A stretch of 63,919 nucleotides of DNA, the filler included, from Octopus bimaculoides (lineage: Eukaryota), in assembly GCF_001194135.2 (NCBI RefSeq). It is 7 parts of 7 records of this genome, joined end to end, with 100 filler letters (N's around TTAATTAATTAA, not from the genome) between each part and the next. Parts side by side here need not be neighbours in the genome. Positions count along the whole stretch, not along the records: positions 1 to 25,639 come from NC_069002.1; 6 more parts are not named here. The stretch is one strand, 5' to 3'. Below the pieces are notes generated by a model. It was not told where the DNA came from. It did no database searches and worked only from the letters and a program-made list of their open reading frames with translations. Both the position numbers and the translations under genes were made by a program. Below are positions 1 to 13,543 of this stretch, piece by piece. The stretch's first letter is position 1. Every line of letters starts with the position of its first letter.

Positions 1-1
1 T

Positions 2-295
2 GACAGACCATGTCTGTCCTTGGCTGGCCTCAAATCTCACCTGCGAACCCATGGAAAACAAACCTCATCCAGCTATTCTGATTATATGTCTGTGCACACG
101 TTTGAATGTGGTGTGTGCCAGAGGGTTTGCAAATCCAATGGGGGTCTTAAAAGACATGTTAGGATCCACAATGAGCAGAACTTACTTGCAGGTATTGGTA
201 GTGCAAATCAGAGGTGCAATCTGTGTGGGTGTTTTTTCAAAACACTGTCTGGTTTAAAAAGCCACATCAGACGCCATGAAAGGGCTAAGGTGTAG
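2..295 (+). CDS. Partial ORF (runs off the window start) with three C2H2 zinc fingers; probably the C-terminus of an RTE-clade LINE ORF
   Basis: Frame open from base 2: DRPCLSLAGLKSHLRTH...FECGVCQRVCKSNGGLKRHVRIH...CNLCGCFFKTLSGLKSHIRRH, stop at 293-295. Long non-TGEKP linkers and the GLxSHxRxH signature resemble RTE C-terminal fingers. Confidence 0.7.
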   Translation, partial: DRPCLSLAGLKSHLRTHGKQTSSSYSDYMSVHTFECGVCQRVCKSNGGLKRHVRIHNEQNLLAGIGSANQRCNLCGCFFKTLSGLKSHIRRHERAKV

Positions 296-1954
296 GTGCA
301 GGAGGTGGTCAAACTCTGTTTAAGGAGTAGACAACCACCATGTATTATACAAATGTTTGTGCGTGCGTGTGGAGATATACACATGTGAGAAACGGAAAGA
401 AGTTATAGATGTACATTGTTTAAGTGTAAATCTGTCTCAATTATAGAGAAACAGACAAAATTGTTTTCAAAATTTTCTAAGGAAGCTTGTATGGAATTCA
501 GTGTACCGTGTTTATAAGTAGGTAAGCAGATGTTCCTATATATGTGTGTTGCGTTTGTTTGTGTGTGTGCCTGCGAACCTGTGTGTGAATGTGCTTGTGA
601 GTGTATGGATAGATAGATGGATGGATGGGTGGATGATGAATTTTTCCTGTACGAATGTACAGCTTGTAAAAATGAAAGCTAAAAAGAGATATTCTGTTTA
701 GAGAAGAAATGATAGAAAGGGAGATAATCAAGAAACAACGGCCGTTAAAAACATTCTCTCTGATATTTCCTCGGCTAACAGAAAAACCGATAAAATTCAA
801 CAATATTACAAGCATATTCCTACACAAAATCAAATGAAAGGATACAGGAATCCCCTGCATGTTCAATTATTTCTAATTACTAATGAAAGCCTTAATGAGG
901 TGGTTGATTTGCAGCTGTCACAGCTTACAGAAACAAATATTTCTATAACAGCGACGAAATGTCGTAAAGACACTGAGATTTTTGGTGGTTCTTACATTTT
1001 CATTTCATTGGAAATTACAACCGTGAATAGAACAGTTATGTCAAGCACATCTTCTTAATTGTTGCCGTGTCATGCATCCTGTCAGAGACCAGGTTAGTGT
1101 GGAATTGTTTGTTTTTTATTATGCTTTTTATTAATGATTTAGATATGCGTGTTGTAAAGGAGTCATTGCTTTTGTGCAAGCTGTCACGCTGCTACGCTGT
1201 TAACAATCCTCTGCTGGAATTTCTTCACGGACTTCTCATAAAAACTATTTACACGAAATGATCCTATCTTTCCTGAGAAAATAGAATATTCTACGAGACA
1301 ACATTTGTTTTGTTTTTGTGTTTAATCGTTTTGTTTTAGTGAGAGACTATAGTAAAATGTAGTCGCCCTGTTGGCTGAGTTACTAAAGCGTGGAAATTGA
1401 ACACNNNNNNNNNNNNNNNNNNNNNNNNNNNNNNNNNNNNNNNNNNNNNNNNNNNNNNNNNNNNNNNNNNNNNNNNNNNNNNNNNNNNNNNNNNNNNNNN
1501 NNNNNNNNNNNNNNNNNNNNNNNNNNNNNNNNNNNNNNNNNNNNNNNNNNNNNNNNNNNNNNNNNNNNNNNNNNNNNNNNNNNNNNNNNNNNNNNNNNNN
1601 NNNNNNNNNNNNNNNNNNNNNNNNNNNNNNNNNNNNNNNNNNNNNNNNNNNNNNNNNNNNNNNNNNNNNNNNNNNNNNNNNNNNNNNNNNNNNNNNNNNN
1701 NNNNNNNNNNNNNNNNNNNNNNNNNNNNNNNNNNNNNNNNNNNNNNNNNNNNNNNNNNNNNNNNNNNNNNNNNNNNNNNNNNNNNNNNNNNNNNNNNNNN
1801 NNNNNNNNNNNNNNNNNNNNNNNNNNNNNNNNNNNNNNNNNNNNNNNNNNNNNNNNNNNNNNNNNNNNNNNNNNNNNNNNNNNNNNNNNNNNNNNNNNNN
1901 NNNNNNNNNNNNNNNNATATATACATGTATACACACACTCAGATACGCAAACAT

Positions 1955-2006
<52 letters not shown>

Positions 2007-4059
2007 TTTCAAAACTCGTTTCCATTACACGAACGTATCAATCGCCAATCATTTCACTTCTGTATTCCACAAACTTGGCCTTGAAATCCATGCAATACAT
2101 TAATGTCAATATTACTGATATCAGAGATTATCTGGAAATATTGGTGATCTATTCTCATATATTTGTTCAAGGAGATAATGCCAGTTACGTCATGTTCAAT
2201 CATTCTCATGTAAAATTACTTTTACCAGCGGTTACTTACATTATTGTCAGGCAAAATGGCAGCGCAATGAAATCCAATTCATATATCTCCTGTCCAATAA
2301 CGTGCGTATGACAGAATGGCTAAATGAACTTTATTACAACATGTATGAACCAGTTCGGAGGACAAACGGGAAGTCAGTAATGTTATCTAATGAAATATTC
2401 ATTAAACTATTCTTGCTGCTTAAAACAGATAGCTGTATTTCCTGCATGAGAACTGTCATATTTACAACGTCATAGACAGAATCAGAAGATAAGTATGTTG
2501 GTACTAAGGAGAACATAGTGTTGTTGATATGATAAGAACATTGAACTGTTGACCATTACTTCAACTACCTGTACAACCAGTGAGCTTTAGAATGTACGAT
2601 CACTATCTTCTAGATTGATACATGTCTGGTCAGTTTCACAAATTTCAGGATTGAATCAAAAAACCGATGTGCTGTCGTTGTTTCATATATTCAGCGCTAA
2701 AACGTTACAACTAATTGTTCTATTTCTGACTATCTCTAGGTTTCACTCTCTTTCTCTCTCTCTCTTTATCTCTCGATATATATATATATATATATNNNNN
2801 NNNNNATATATATACATACATATAGTAATAATATTAGGGAATAAAAACTGATTCCAACCTTGCAGGCAGACATCGGTATGATATTACACCGAGTTTCATA
2901 ATAAATAATATATATGTATATAACTAATTTAGAGTCGAACCACCACTCTACAACTCAGTCAACGAAGAACCCGTCCAAAAGCATGCTGTGAGGCATATAC
3001 CATATGAATATTTAACTAAGATTTTAATCTAAAATTTTAATAATTGTAATAATATATAATATATCATATAAAGAAACATTCATCCCAAATATATTAATTT
3101 AAAAATCAAATAAAGTATAAATAGGACAGGAAAAATTAATACAATAATATAATGTGTAAAAGTATACATGTATAAATGTATAAAAGTCAGGGCTTGTATA
3201 TAGACTACGCGCCTTTCATGGCTGAAACAGGAGTATATAAAATCATAAGCAAATCCTATCCAAGTTCATTAGAATGGGGAAATGATTTTACTCCCAAAGT
3301 CAGTCACTCTTCAGATCAAATTCCTAAAAAAAATACTTAAAATCATTCAAGGAATTAACATAAACATGAAAAATAAAAATATATATAAAGAGACATAACC
3401 TGTAAAATAATCCTTACGTTAACGGTATTAATATAATTATTAAAAGTTACAATCTAAAAATATTGAAAACGAGTATTATAGTGAACACGGTTAAATCATT
3501 ATGGAAGAAGTGAATAAAAGTAAAAAAATGTGTTAGCGTATAAAGTTAATAAAAGACGTGTGTCAATATTATTTAGAAAATTAAAATTAAAAACATGACT
3601 TATCTGCTGGCGAGTTACTGTAGATTAAACCAAAATAAGTGTACTATAGAATTTATACTGGAAGGTCACGTGATAAATAGGGGGTCTATTACCCAGAGGT
3701 AAATGGTTATTATAATTAATATAATAATAACGAAAATATCGAAAAAGAAAATCTACCTAAAGTAAAAAGTTTATTAAAGATTAAAAATACTTAAAATACT
3801 TAAAACCCTGAGATTTAGGCAGAATAATAACTATACTATATACGAAAATTATACACTACGTAAATAATGCTATGAAACATTATAAACGATTTCTCATATT
3901 ATCGTTAAATACTTTATAATCAAAGGTAGCTAAATGTTTTAATTTTGTATAATACTGTGATGATTAAAGTGCATTCTAAAGCTAATTTGATGTATTTAAC
4001 GTTACTGATCATAACTATAAGTTGGTACCTTATCGTAGGTTTAAATAAATAAATTAGTT

Positions 4060-6460
4060 ATCTAAACTTATTATGTAAGTAATTTAATTTATATCTGCAT
4101 TTACTATTACGTTCATCGTGGGAGTTAATCAATTTTTTATTAGCGAATAATATCTCTTTAAATTCGTTAGTATATAATAAGCAGAATTTATTCCCTATCC
4201 TAAATGATTTAACCTTGCAAACTATTTCCCATTTTAACTCGTATTCTATTCTTTTTTATTTAAGTTCCCAAATGTATTTACTAAGGCCCGTAGAGTTCAT
4301 AAAATTTCCGTTCTTAAAAGAATTCATATGTTGGGCCACCCGGTATTTAATTTTATTGGAAGTCGATCCAGAGTAAGTAGTATTTATCTTATCATTATTA
4401 CTAAAGTTTAATCCTTCAAAATCATTATACATTTATATACTACGTCCTCAACATTACATCTATTATTAAATTTACAATTAATCTTATGACTACAATTACA
4501 ATCAATTGTATTTTGGACTCCAATGGAGGTATTACTTAATTTATTAATGTAAAACTTATTTAATTTAAATTTATTAAAGGATGAAATGATGTTGCCAACG
4601 TTATTCGTGGTAGAGTAACCAACTCCAAATTTATTGCTAGAAAATGTGTCGTTATATTTCTCGTTGTCTTTAATAAATATCTTAATTATATTTAAAATCT
4701 GTTTAATAATCTTAGTTTTTACCTGCATTCCATAGGGAATTATTAGCCATATTTTCTTCTTCTTATTATTATTATTACTATGAGGTTTCTTGTTCATATT
4801 ACCACCTATCTCTGGCTTTAGATGATTCTTAATGCTGTGTTTATGATTATAGATGGTGTATTCATCATTTGAATTATCTTTTAAGTTATAATTATATTTA
4901 GAGTTGTTGAAAAATTTAATATTAATATTATATTCCGCCTTATGAAGCTCTTCACTATAATATGGTGCATGTTTATTGAATATCTCATAGTTGGAAGAAA
5001 GTACTGAAATTATTTTCCCTATATTATTCACTAACGCTTTCTTAATAGACGCTGGATGGTTACTCTTAGTATTAATATATTTCAGATTTTCGTTAATTTT
5101 GGATGGTTACTCTTAGTATTAATATATTTCAGATTTTCGTTAAGTTTGGGTTATACCTGTTATTAAGTTAAAAATTACATCTAAGTATTTGACATTGCTA
5201 TATTCGTTATAAATTGTAATCCTAAGCCCATTTCTTTTAAAGAAACTTTATATTTTCTTCTTAGATATTTCTAATGTTCTATTCGTGCTATTTTTCGTTA
5301 TTAGCAGGAGGTCATCTCTATATAATCCACCCTCCAATTTAAGATTTTCTAATTGGAGTTCTGCTCATAAATAAATTCCTACCTGGTCTGTAATCTGAGC
5401 AGAATCCGGTGTTCCCATAGGCATATCACAAAAATCCCTTGGTATCTTTTCTAGCCCACAATTTATTATTATACCTAATAAACGATTTTCTAGCCATTTT
5501 TATTACCTTAACTTCATCTTTAGTCATTCCCACCTTATTCATAGCATATAATAAGGCCTTATTAAGCACAATTTCATTAATAGACGAATAATAATCCTCT
5601 ATGTCTATTTGGATAAATTTGTAACTACTACTGTTTTTAATATCTTCCAACCATTTTAAAGTATTATCTGTGCTAGTCCAGAGTTTCAGGTAATTTAGAT
5701 TATTTAGTTTATTAATATATTTGTCTAAAATTAACTTAAATCCGATTTACTGGGACATATTAGTCTAACTTTAGGGTCAGAGTAGAAATTGTCTTTATGA
5801 TCCTTTAAAGTTATCCTAGAGTGCGTCGGTACATACGGTTCCGTTTTATTGTCTATCTCATATTTTTCCATTATTAGCCTAGTGGCTTTATTAATATTAT
5901 AAATGGTATTTTCCGGACCAATTTTATATTTTTTATTTGTTTCCTTTTCTAAAAGTTTATCATATAATTTTGTATCTAACTTATACAGGTTGCCAGTTTT
6001 ATCGGATTGTACGACTGTTCCTTCGACATTACGCATTTCTTTTATTTTAATTCCTAAATTTCTTAAATATTCATTGTGTCTGTTTGGGCATTTTTAAAAC
6101 TTAATGCTTTTAATCACCTTCCAAATTTTGTCTTCCAGAGGCTGAATTTCCCTATTATATGGGGGTTCCCTTTTAGTTTTTAATTTTGAGCTTATGTAAT
6201 TGGTATTCTCTACATCTGTTATGTTGGCAATGTTACAATTATTATAGTGAGCTATCCATTTTATTCTATTAATAAACTCTTTCATATTATTAATAAGTTT
6301 AAGGGTATATTCCCTTTTCGATTATTATTAAAATGAATTCATTATTTATAATGAAACAGTTATTTTCTGATTGTAGGCCAATAACAGTCATGTCATTTAC
6401 ACATGTAGGAATTTCATAATCGATGTGTTCCATTTTGTTGTAAGAACGTGTAAACAGCAA
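4060..6460 (-). mobile_element. Decayed, near full-length Penelope-like element (Naiad-like): RT plus C-terminal GIY-YIG endonuclease
   Basis: Ordered fragments EFINRIKW, QSDKTGNLY, ITLKDHKDNF..PKVRLICPSKS, FIQIDIEDYYSSI, DMPMGTPDSAQ, GLYRDD, NENLKYINTKSNHP, CNC..C..C.VEDVVYKC, YSGST...HMNSF...LSKYIWELK. Several stops and frameshifts. Confidence 0.9.
5053..5143. repeat. 47-bp tandem duplication inside the Penelope RT thumb (frameshifting)
   Basis: tggatggttactcttagtattaatatatttcagattttcgttaa occurs at 5053 and 5100. Confidence 0.95.
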
Positions 6461-9052
6461 GAGCGAATCGGTTGCATGGAATCCATCGTCTCCGCTGGTC
6501 ACGCTGGAAAATGCAGCTGGAAAGTATAACGACGGTTGCCCGAGGTCTCTACTTTCGCGACATTCTCAGGAATAGTGCGCAGAGAAGTCGGAAGACTGGA
6601 ATTTTTTGGTTAGTATAGTGCAATACTTAATAAAACTCTTTAGAATCTAAAATATTACAACTGAGCCTGCATGTCGTAGCAGTCAATCCTCAATGAAACA
6701 GGTCTGATCTGCGACTGGGGCAAAGTAGCATACACTAAATATAACATGGATTCACGTAATCCTGTGATTTACTAGAAATAGCAATCTGATGTCCCTGAAA
6801 ATAGGTTTCCGTAAAGGTAGACAGACAGTAGTTAATCTAGCCTAACGTACAGACCAGATATTCAATGGTTAAATTGGCTGAGATGAAGGTTCTACTACAA
6901 CTCCTGCATGATAGATATCCAGTATTTGGTAGGTGCAATATATTTGGTTAATGACCCCAGATTCTATAAAATATTTTTCTATTTAATCCCACCAGATTGT
7001 GGTTGTTGACGATCACCGTATTTACTCTTTGGATTACCGGGCAAACGACATTTAGCAAAGGAAAGTGGATTCTAGTTACGTCCACACATGTGCAGAGATT
7101 TCACTCGGATTATATTTCCGTTCCCCTCGGATCTACAATATATAAATACATCTAATTTTGTGTTTATATTCAACTTTATACCGAATGTTTAGATATCATT
7201 AATCCCTGAAGGCTTCCTATATTAGAAATGCATTTCCTGTTATAGATTGCGTTGCATATTAATAAAGTTTATAAAATTTACATGGTTATACATAGAAATA
7301 GCAAAATTAAACAAACAATTTAAACCTACTCTTTGGGAATTTCCCTTTACGTAACCCGATGAATTAAAAACAAAATCTTTGTACGTTTATATGTGACTGA
7401 AAAGACCAGAGAAGGAGAGAAAGAGAAAAGGAACGAAAGCAGGATGTTGAATTAGAGATATATATGTATGCGTGTATGTGGGTGAACATATAGACATCTA
7501 GAAGGATATAGCGAGTATAGCATGAGGATCAAGGCTGACACTCACATATATTCAGACATACATTTGTCTAAACACAAGTGCTTGTAGGTTTTGCGAAATA
7601 TTCAGATTATAGATTCTATCCTATTGTCAATCCATGAATTTGTCAAGTAAGAGAGAGTGGGGGGATAGAGCGGAAGAAAGAGGGGGGAGAGAATGATTCT
7701 CATTGAATTACAAATTTATTGAAATATCAATATCGTTTAATTATTATTCTTCCGCAAACGATATTGTTACGTAAATAAGATTCGTATTAATGTCATTTGG
7801 TATTATATTCTTAGGTATTTCACAACAAAATAATATCAGAATTAATATTTAATCTTAGGCTTCAAATCAAAATTAAGTAGAATTACGATTGTCTTTCATT
7901 CCTAGATGAATATTCTACTCAGGCATGTAATCGTCATCAATATATTCCAGGCAGGAAATTAATGCACAAATTATGGAAGTAAACAATACCAGTTGTCTAT
8001 CCCCATCCCATAATCTATTTTAGTCTAAATAACGTCATATCTGGATACATCAATATGGCGAAGATAAGGCTGTTTAACAGCTAACCACTTAGCGTGAAGA
8101 TAGGAATAATTTCCGTCTTATACAATACGACCGTTCCATATTGTGAAAGATTGCAGCTCAGAAACATAAAGACTGATGTGGTATCACTTAGCGTGATGTA
8201 AAATATAAAGCTATCGACAGATCTACAGGGATATCGGAGCTTAATTGCATGCAACAATTTGAGATATCATTTAAAGGTGGATAGATACGTTCTCCCATTC
8301 GTAATGGAAAGACTGAAATGAATGATCAACATTTCCTTGACTGCCATAAGTAAAACGGATGGCTATAATTATATGTACGTACATAAACATATAGACACCG
8401 ACATATATGCATGTATATATACACAAGTTACGGAATGATACGTATATGTATGAGTGTGTGCATATATACGTACATGAATACATACATACATATCTATATC
8501 TATTTATCTCTCTCTCTCTGTCACTCTCTCTCTCACTCTCTCTCTCTCTCTCTATTATATATATATATATATNNNNNNNNNNNNNNNNNNNNNNNNNNNN
8601 NNNNNNNNNNNNNNNNNNNNNNNNNNNNNNNNNNNNNNNNNNNNNNNNNNNNNNNNNNNNNNNNNNNNNNNNNNNNNNNNNNNNNNNNNNNNNNNNNNNN
8701 NNNNNNNNNNNNNNNNNNNNNNNNNNNNNNNNNNNNNNNNNNNNNNNNNNNNNNNNNNNNNNNNNNNNNNNNNNNNNNNNNNNNNNNNNNNNNNNNNNNN
8801 NNNNNNNNNNNNNNNNNNNNNNNNNNNNNNNNNNNNNNNNNNNNNNNNNNNNNNNNNNNNNNNNNNNNNNNNNNNNNNNNNNNNNNNNNNNNNNNNNNNN
8901 NNNNNNNNNNNNNNNNNNNNNNNNNNNNNNNNNNNNNNNNNNNNNNNNNNNNNNNNNNNNNNNNNNNNNNNNNNNNNNNNNNNNNNNNNNNNNNNNNNNN
9001 NNNNNNNNNNNNNNNNNNNNNNNNNNNNNNNNNNNNNNNNNNNNNNNNNNNN

Positions 9053-9098
<46 letters not shown>

Positions 9099-9671
9099 TG
9101 CAATATAAATTATGGTCATAGGGACATTGATTGCGTTATACATTCGGACGATATTCGTCTCTCTCTTTTTATATTGTGATTTAGAAACAGCACGTCCATA
9201 ATAGTTATTATCTCCGGGCGAATACTGAAGTAGTTTGCCTCTCATTATGCATTTATATTAAATATAATGCTGCATAAATGGATACACACACACATACGCA
9301 TACATAAAAACTCAGTATTGCAGATAATCCATTGGTACATAGTGTCTCTTTTAGTGTGTTCGTTTACTGCGACACCTTTAAACATTCCGTCAGCCAAGAT
9401 ATAGGATAATTGTTATTACCATACGATTTCCTCGCTCACTTGTCAGTCGCATCGATGCCTGATCTATTTGAACTGATGTTATCTGCAATGGTAATCTCCT
9501 CTACATTTCTCTTTCTCCATCACCTGACAAATGCATGAATTACGATATATTTCACATATATTAGATAATAACACTGAAGCACTATGTAACTGATAATTTG
9601 AATGTTTATTGTGAGAATATTATTGAGTGTGTCACTCATAATATGAGCACAGAGCATACCCAGATGATGGA

Positions 9672-9935
9672 GGAACGTGACTTACTGGCTTGAACTTTGC
9701 AGTCATCATCGAAAGATTGTGGTTTCGATTTCTGCACTAGGTGATGCGTTCTGTTCTTGAAAAAAAAAATGCACATTCATTTCACGTTGTCCCAATCAGT
9801 TCCGCTTGCGAAAATGATTAATCCTACGATGGCACCGGGTCCCATCCAGAGTTCAAGGGTGGGGTGGCAATGTATGCGCCACAGAATTCCGGAAACCGGC
9901 CTTATCGGCTTATGGCACGGGAGCTTCGATCTTTT
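9672..9935 (+). mobile_element. tRNA-derived SINE with a V/Meta-like conserved central domain
   Basis: B-box-like ggtttcgatttc, then cctacgatggcaccgggtcccatccag...ggaaaccgg and a T-rich tail. The head resembles the copy at 54640-54780. Confidence 0.6.
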
Positions 9936-12069
9936 TTCTTTTTTGATACAGGATAGAACCCGTGAAACACTTCCTCGGCGTGAATCCTATGAGGAAATTG
10001 GGCTTCTTTTAAAAGCCTAGAGGTAATTACTCTGTCTATCGTATTTCATTTGTAGTAAGCTCAAATAAATCCTAACACATTTTATAATACATTTAGGTAG
10101 TAGTCTGCAGATAGAATATTCCTTTTTACGTTCCTAAGAATTTAGTTCTCCTTGTTAAAGGTAACGCAGCGTCACGTCGTGAAGGTAAAGCTGTATAATG
10201 TTTTAGAATACGTATAAGTATGTATGAATCAGGAAGTCAGTTATTCCTTGTGAAAATCTAATATTTTTACAAGCAAAAGCTTTTAGTAAAACAATGCTTA
10301 CAATACATACACACTTCTTTATTGATAGGATTGGCGTAGCTGTCGTTTTCTATCGGTCTTGAAATAAATATAGAATGGTGCAAAAAAATACTTAAGAACT
10401 TGATTAGTGAACACTAGGTTCAAATGTAACCTATAAAATGTTAATCTGCGAATGAGTACCTCCACGTGGGGGAAGTAGAAGTATGAGTGTTGGCTTAATA
10501 TATTTAGATTTATTCACGGAAAAGTTTGTTGTAATCCAGATTATTATATTAAAGACTGTCACTAGAAATTCTTTATATGTAAAACGAGGAATTTAATTAT
10601 CATCACATCAAAAACACATCCAGTAGATAAAAATATTTGTAGGTTGCATATTGTTGGACTAAATGTCACCTTATTGGGAAAAAGTAAGAGAAAGATGCCT
10701 GGCCAAAGTTAGAGAGAGCAGAGGAGGAGTGGGAGGGAGATCTAACGGAATAAAGAGATGGCAAAAGAGAACTAACATAGATACAATGCTTTTGTTTTCA
10801 AAACTTGATCGACGTAATGAGAGAAAATAAAGACATTCAAATTAATTGCATCCTTTAACTTAGTTCATAACTTCATTTTAGGTGGATTGAAACGTAAATG
10901 AGATATTGATCACCGCAAGTTATCACAAAGACGAGAAAATTAATTTTTTTCTTTGACGGAAAAATCAATAGTAACACTCTTAAACACATCTTGCAATTTA
11001 GCCTCGCACCTATGCTTGTGGATGCAATAAGTGGTGTAACGTATGCTATTGTGGCAGGGTCGTCCACCGGTACATTGCTCATTTGAGTGTATGATGTATG
11101 AAATGTAAACTGACCATATTTTATACTATGTTTAAAACGCTATTAAAATGTATGAAAAATATATTCTGCAAATAAACAATGAATGTAAACAGCTCTTAGA
11201 TACTGGTCTAGAAACGCTAGGCAATAGTTGGGAACTGGTAATCTATAATAGTGAAACTAATGAAACTAAATTCAACGTTGACGCAACAGCAGGCTGTCTC
11301 TGATTATCACTGTTCTCTCCTCCGAGTCCACACATACACTCAAATACACACACACATATATATATACACACACGCACGCACACACTCAAACACACACATG
11401 TATATAGATAGATCGCTAGCCCCTAAATCTATTTCATTCACTCTCCCTGTTTATTTCTGTGTTCCTTTCTGTCGAAGAGCGTAGGCTCAACGCGTAAAAG
11501 ACTTTCTCACTTCCCGAGCGTTAAACTAATTCATCTGTTTGTTGTTTACACACCCGTCTTTGTCATTTGTTTTTTGGGTTTTTTTTTGTAAATTCTCATG
11601 TATAAACATAAGTGTGTGTGTGTGTATGCGTATGTGTATACTAAATAAATATACATAGATAAAACAATAGTAATAGTTTTTCTTATGATATCATCAATTA
11701 CATAGTCTTTACATGTGTTTCATTATGGAATCCTTGTATCTTGTAACTCAATCGTTATGTAACAAATGCATAAAGATATTGATAGACCAGAACATCACAA
11801 CAAAAGAGTACTTTGATCCATTATTAAATACCAACAGTATTATGTCCAAGTGCTCAGTCAGGACGAATGCTATAATAAAACATAAACTGATTTCTTTTGT
11901 ATTTTTTGTCCTCTCGGATACATCCTGTGAATTATTCGAATGTAAATTATATTAATAAAATTAATTTGGGTGTTTGATAAATCGTATTGAATACTTGAGC
12001 GGAAGTTAGATATGAATGGATTTTGAGAAATTGAGAGGGTTTGATTCAATCATTTAAATATAAATTCGT

Positions 12070-12260
12070 AGGCCGGACATAATGTTTAGTAGCATTTTGT
12101 CCGTCTTTGCATTCTATGTTGAAATTCCGCCAAGGTTGATTTTACCATTCATTTTCCCAGGGTCGATAAAATAAGTACCAGTTGAGCACAGGGATCAATG
12201 TGAACGACTAGCTACTCTCCAAGAATTTCGGATTTTGTACATATAACAGAAATAATTATT
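12070..12260 (+). mobile_element. CORE-SINE (octopus OR-type), diverged
   Basis: gaaattccgccaaggttgatttt...gggtcgataaaataagtaccagttgagcac matches the copy at 45834. Confidence 0.85.
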
Positions 12261-12268
12261 TAAATATA

Positions 12269-12740
12269 TAAGGTGTCCCTGAAGTCACTAATGGGTTTCA
12301 ATTTTTAATAAGTTCACAGCATTGATTCTCTTCTGCTACAAGCAGTTGCCCCATCTTGCTGGGACCATGTGTGAGGTCTACTCTGTATGGTTTTCACGTT
12401 CCCCAGACTTGACTAGCCCAGATTTTTCTTGTGAGGTTACATGTAAGAGAGGGTTTACGTCAACAAACCAGAGACCCTGGTGCAACTGAAGGAGGGCATC
12501 AATGGGGAAATCAGAGAAGTGGGACCTGAAAATCTTGAGTGTGTTATGGTGCAGGTTTTGGAAGGTGCCATTGAAGCGATATCATTTTTCGTATCTGCTG
12601 TAGTGGTGTTGCAGAATTTCCCTCGTGTATATTAATTTCCATTATGTCCTTTATATTGCATCAAAATTTCATGCATTTATTTGTAAAGTTAAGGAAGTTA
12701 TTAACAATTGAAAACCGTCAGTTACTTTTGGGACACTCTG
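12269..12740 (+). mobile_element. Internally deleted Tc1/mariner element (maT/DD37D-like)
   Basis: TA on both sides (12267-68, 12741-42). 35-bp imperfect TIRs, 26/35 identical. Internal transposase C-terminus SRSPDLTSPDF..GYM.ERVYVNKPETLVQLKEGI. Confidence 0.85.
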
Positions 12741-13543
12741 TATGATACTTTAAGTATATGACTTTTCGTGAAACCTTTTCGATCCGCGAACAATTACCGG
12801 TATTTATGTCTGATGTTACATCTATCGAATTAGCAATGATTATATATTGAATATGACTTTTAATATTAGAAGGGTAAAACATGAATATGTGAATCATTTA
12901 GTTCTATGTGTAAGTGTAAATGATGGTCAGAGAAATGTCGGCTAAGAAAAAATCTAAAATATATTCCATAGTTTGTGCAGTATGAGGCTGCAGTAACATC
13001 ACTCTTGAATAATCATATGATTAGGAATTTTAGTTGGGCTTTTAGTTTTGTTTGTCATCGTTGATATTTTATCAACAATATAGTGACGTTTTTTGAAGAA
13101 TGGATATTTATTAGCGCCTATTATTATTCCAACATCGTTTCTATTGATGATATCTTTTCTACCCCTCTCCAAAATAACCATCCATTAGAATAAATTTTAA
13201 TATCTCCATATAAAATAGAATACAATTTGTCAAAATCTTCGTGAAGCCATATTTGAAAGACTAAAGTGAAGGTCACTTTTGTTTCATTGTCAGATTAACG
13301 AGCGAACACATCCCGTCATTCTGCCATTCGACTCAAACATATAATCAAAATATGGAAATGCATTCAAAAATAACCCAAAATCTTCATACAGAGATGGCGT
13401 AAAAGAAAGTTACGAACAAAGCAAACTTTTGGAGTGTGTATAAAGGTGCGGGAACAATAACAAAACATCAATTTCTCTAACATTTACTTCTATTTTTATT
13501 CAGCTCTCAAATTAACCAATTTGTATTAGAATATACAGATTGC

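Noticed and set aside
2945-2985. Relic hammerhead (ctca..aacgaag..aaaagcatgct..tgag)
   Set aside because: Palindrome and a short stem I are present, but both core motifs are broken and stem II does not pair.
4060-4520. Selenoprotein-type Naiad endonuclease
   Set aside because: Cys positions use TGT/TGC or are missense-mutated; the stops seen here are TAA.
7900-8350. Coding-like minus-strand fragments with a repeated cacttagcgtga 12-mer
   Set aside because: All frames are interrupted and no motif is recognised; insufficient support.
12990-13200. Hydrophobic frame (LGILVGLLVLFVIVDIL...) as a NUMT or receptor exon
   Set aside because: TAG/TAA stops remain even under the mitochondrial code, and no recognisable family.
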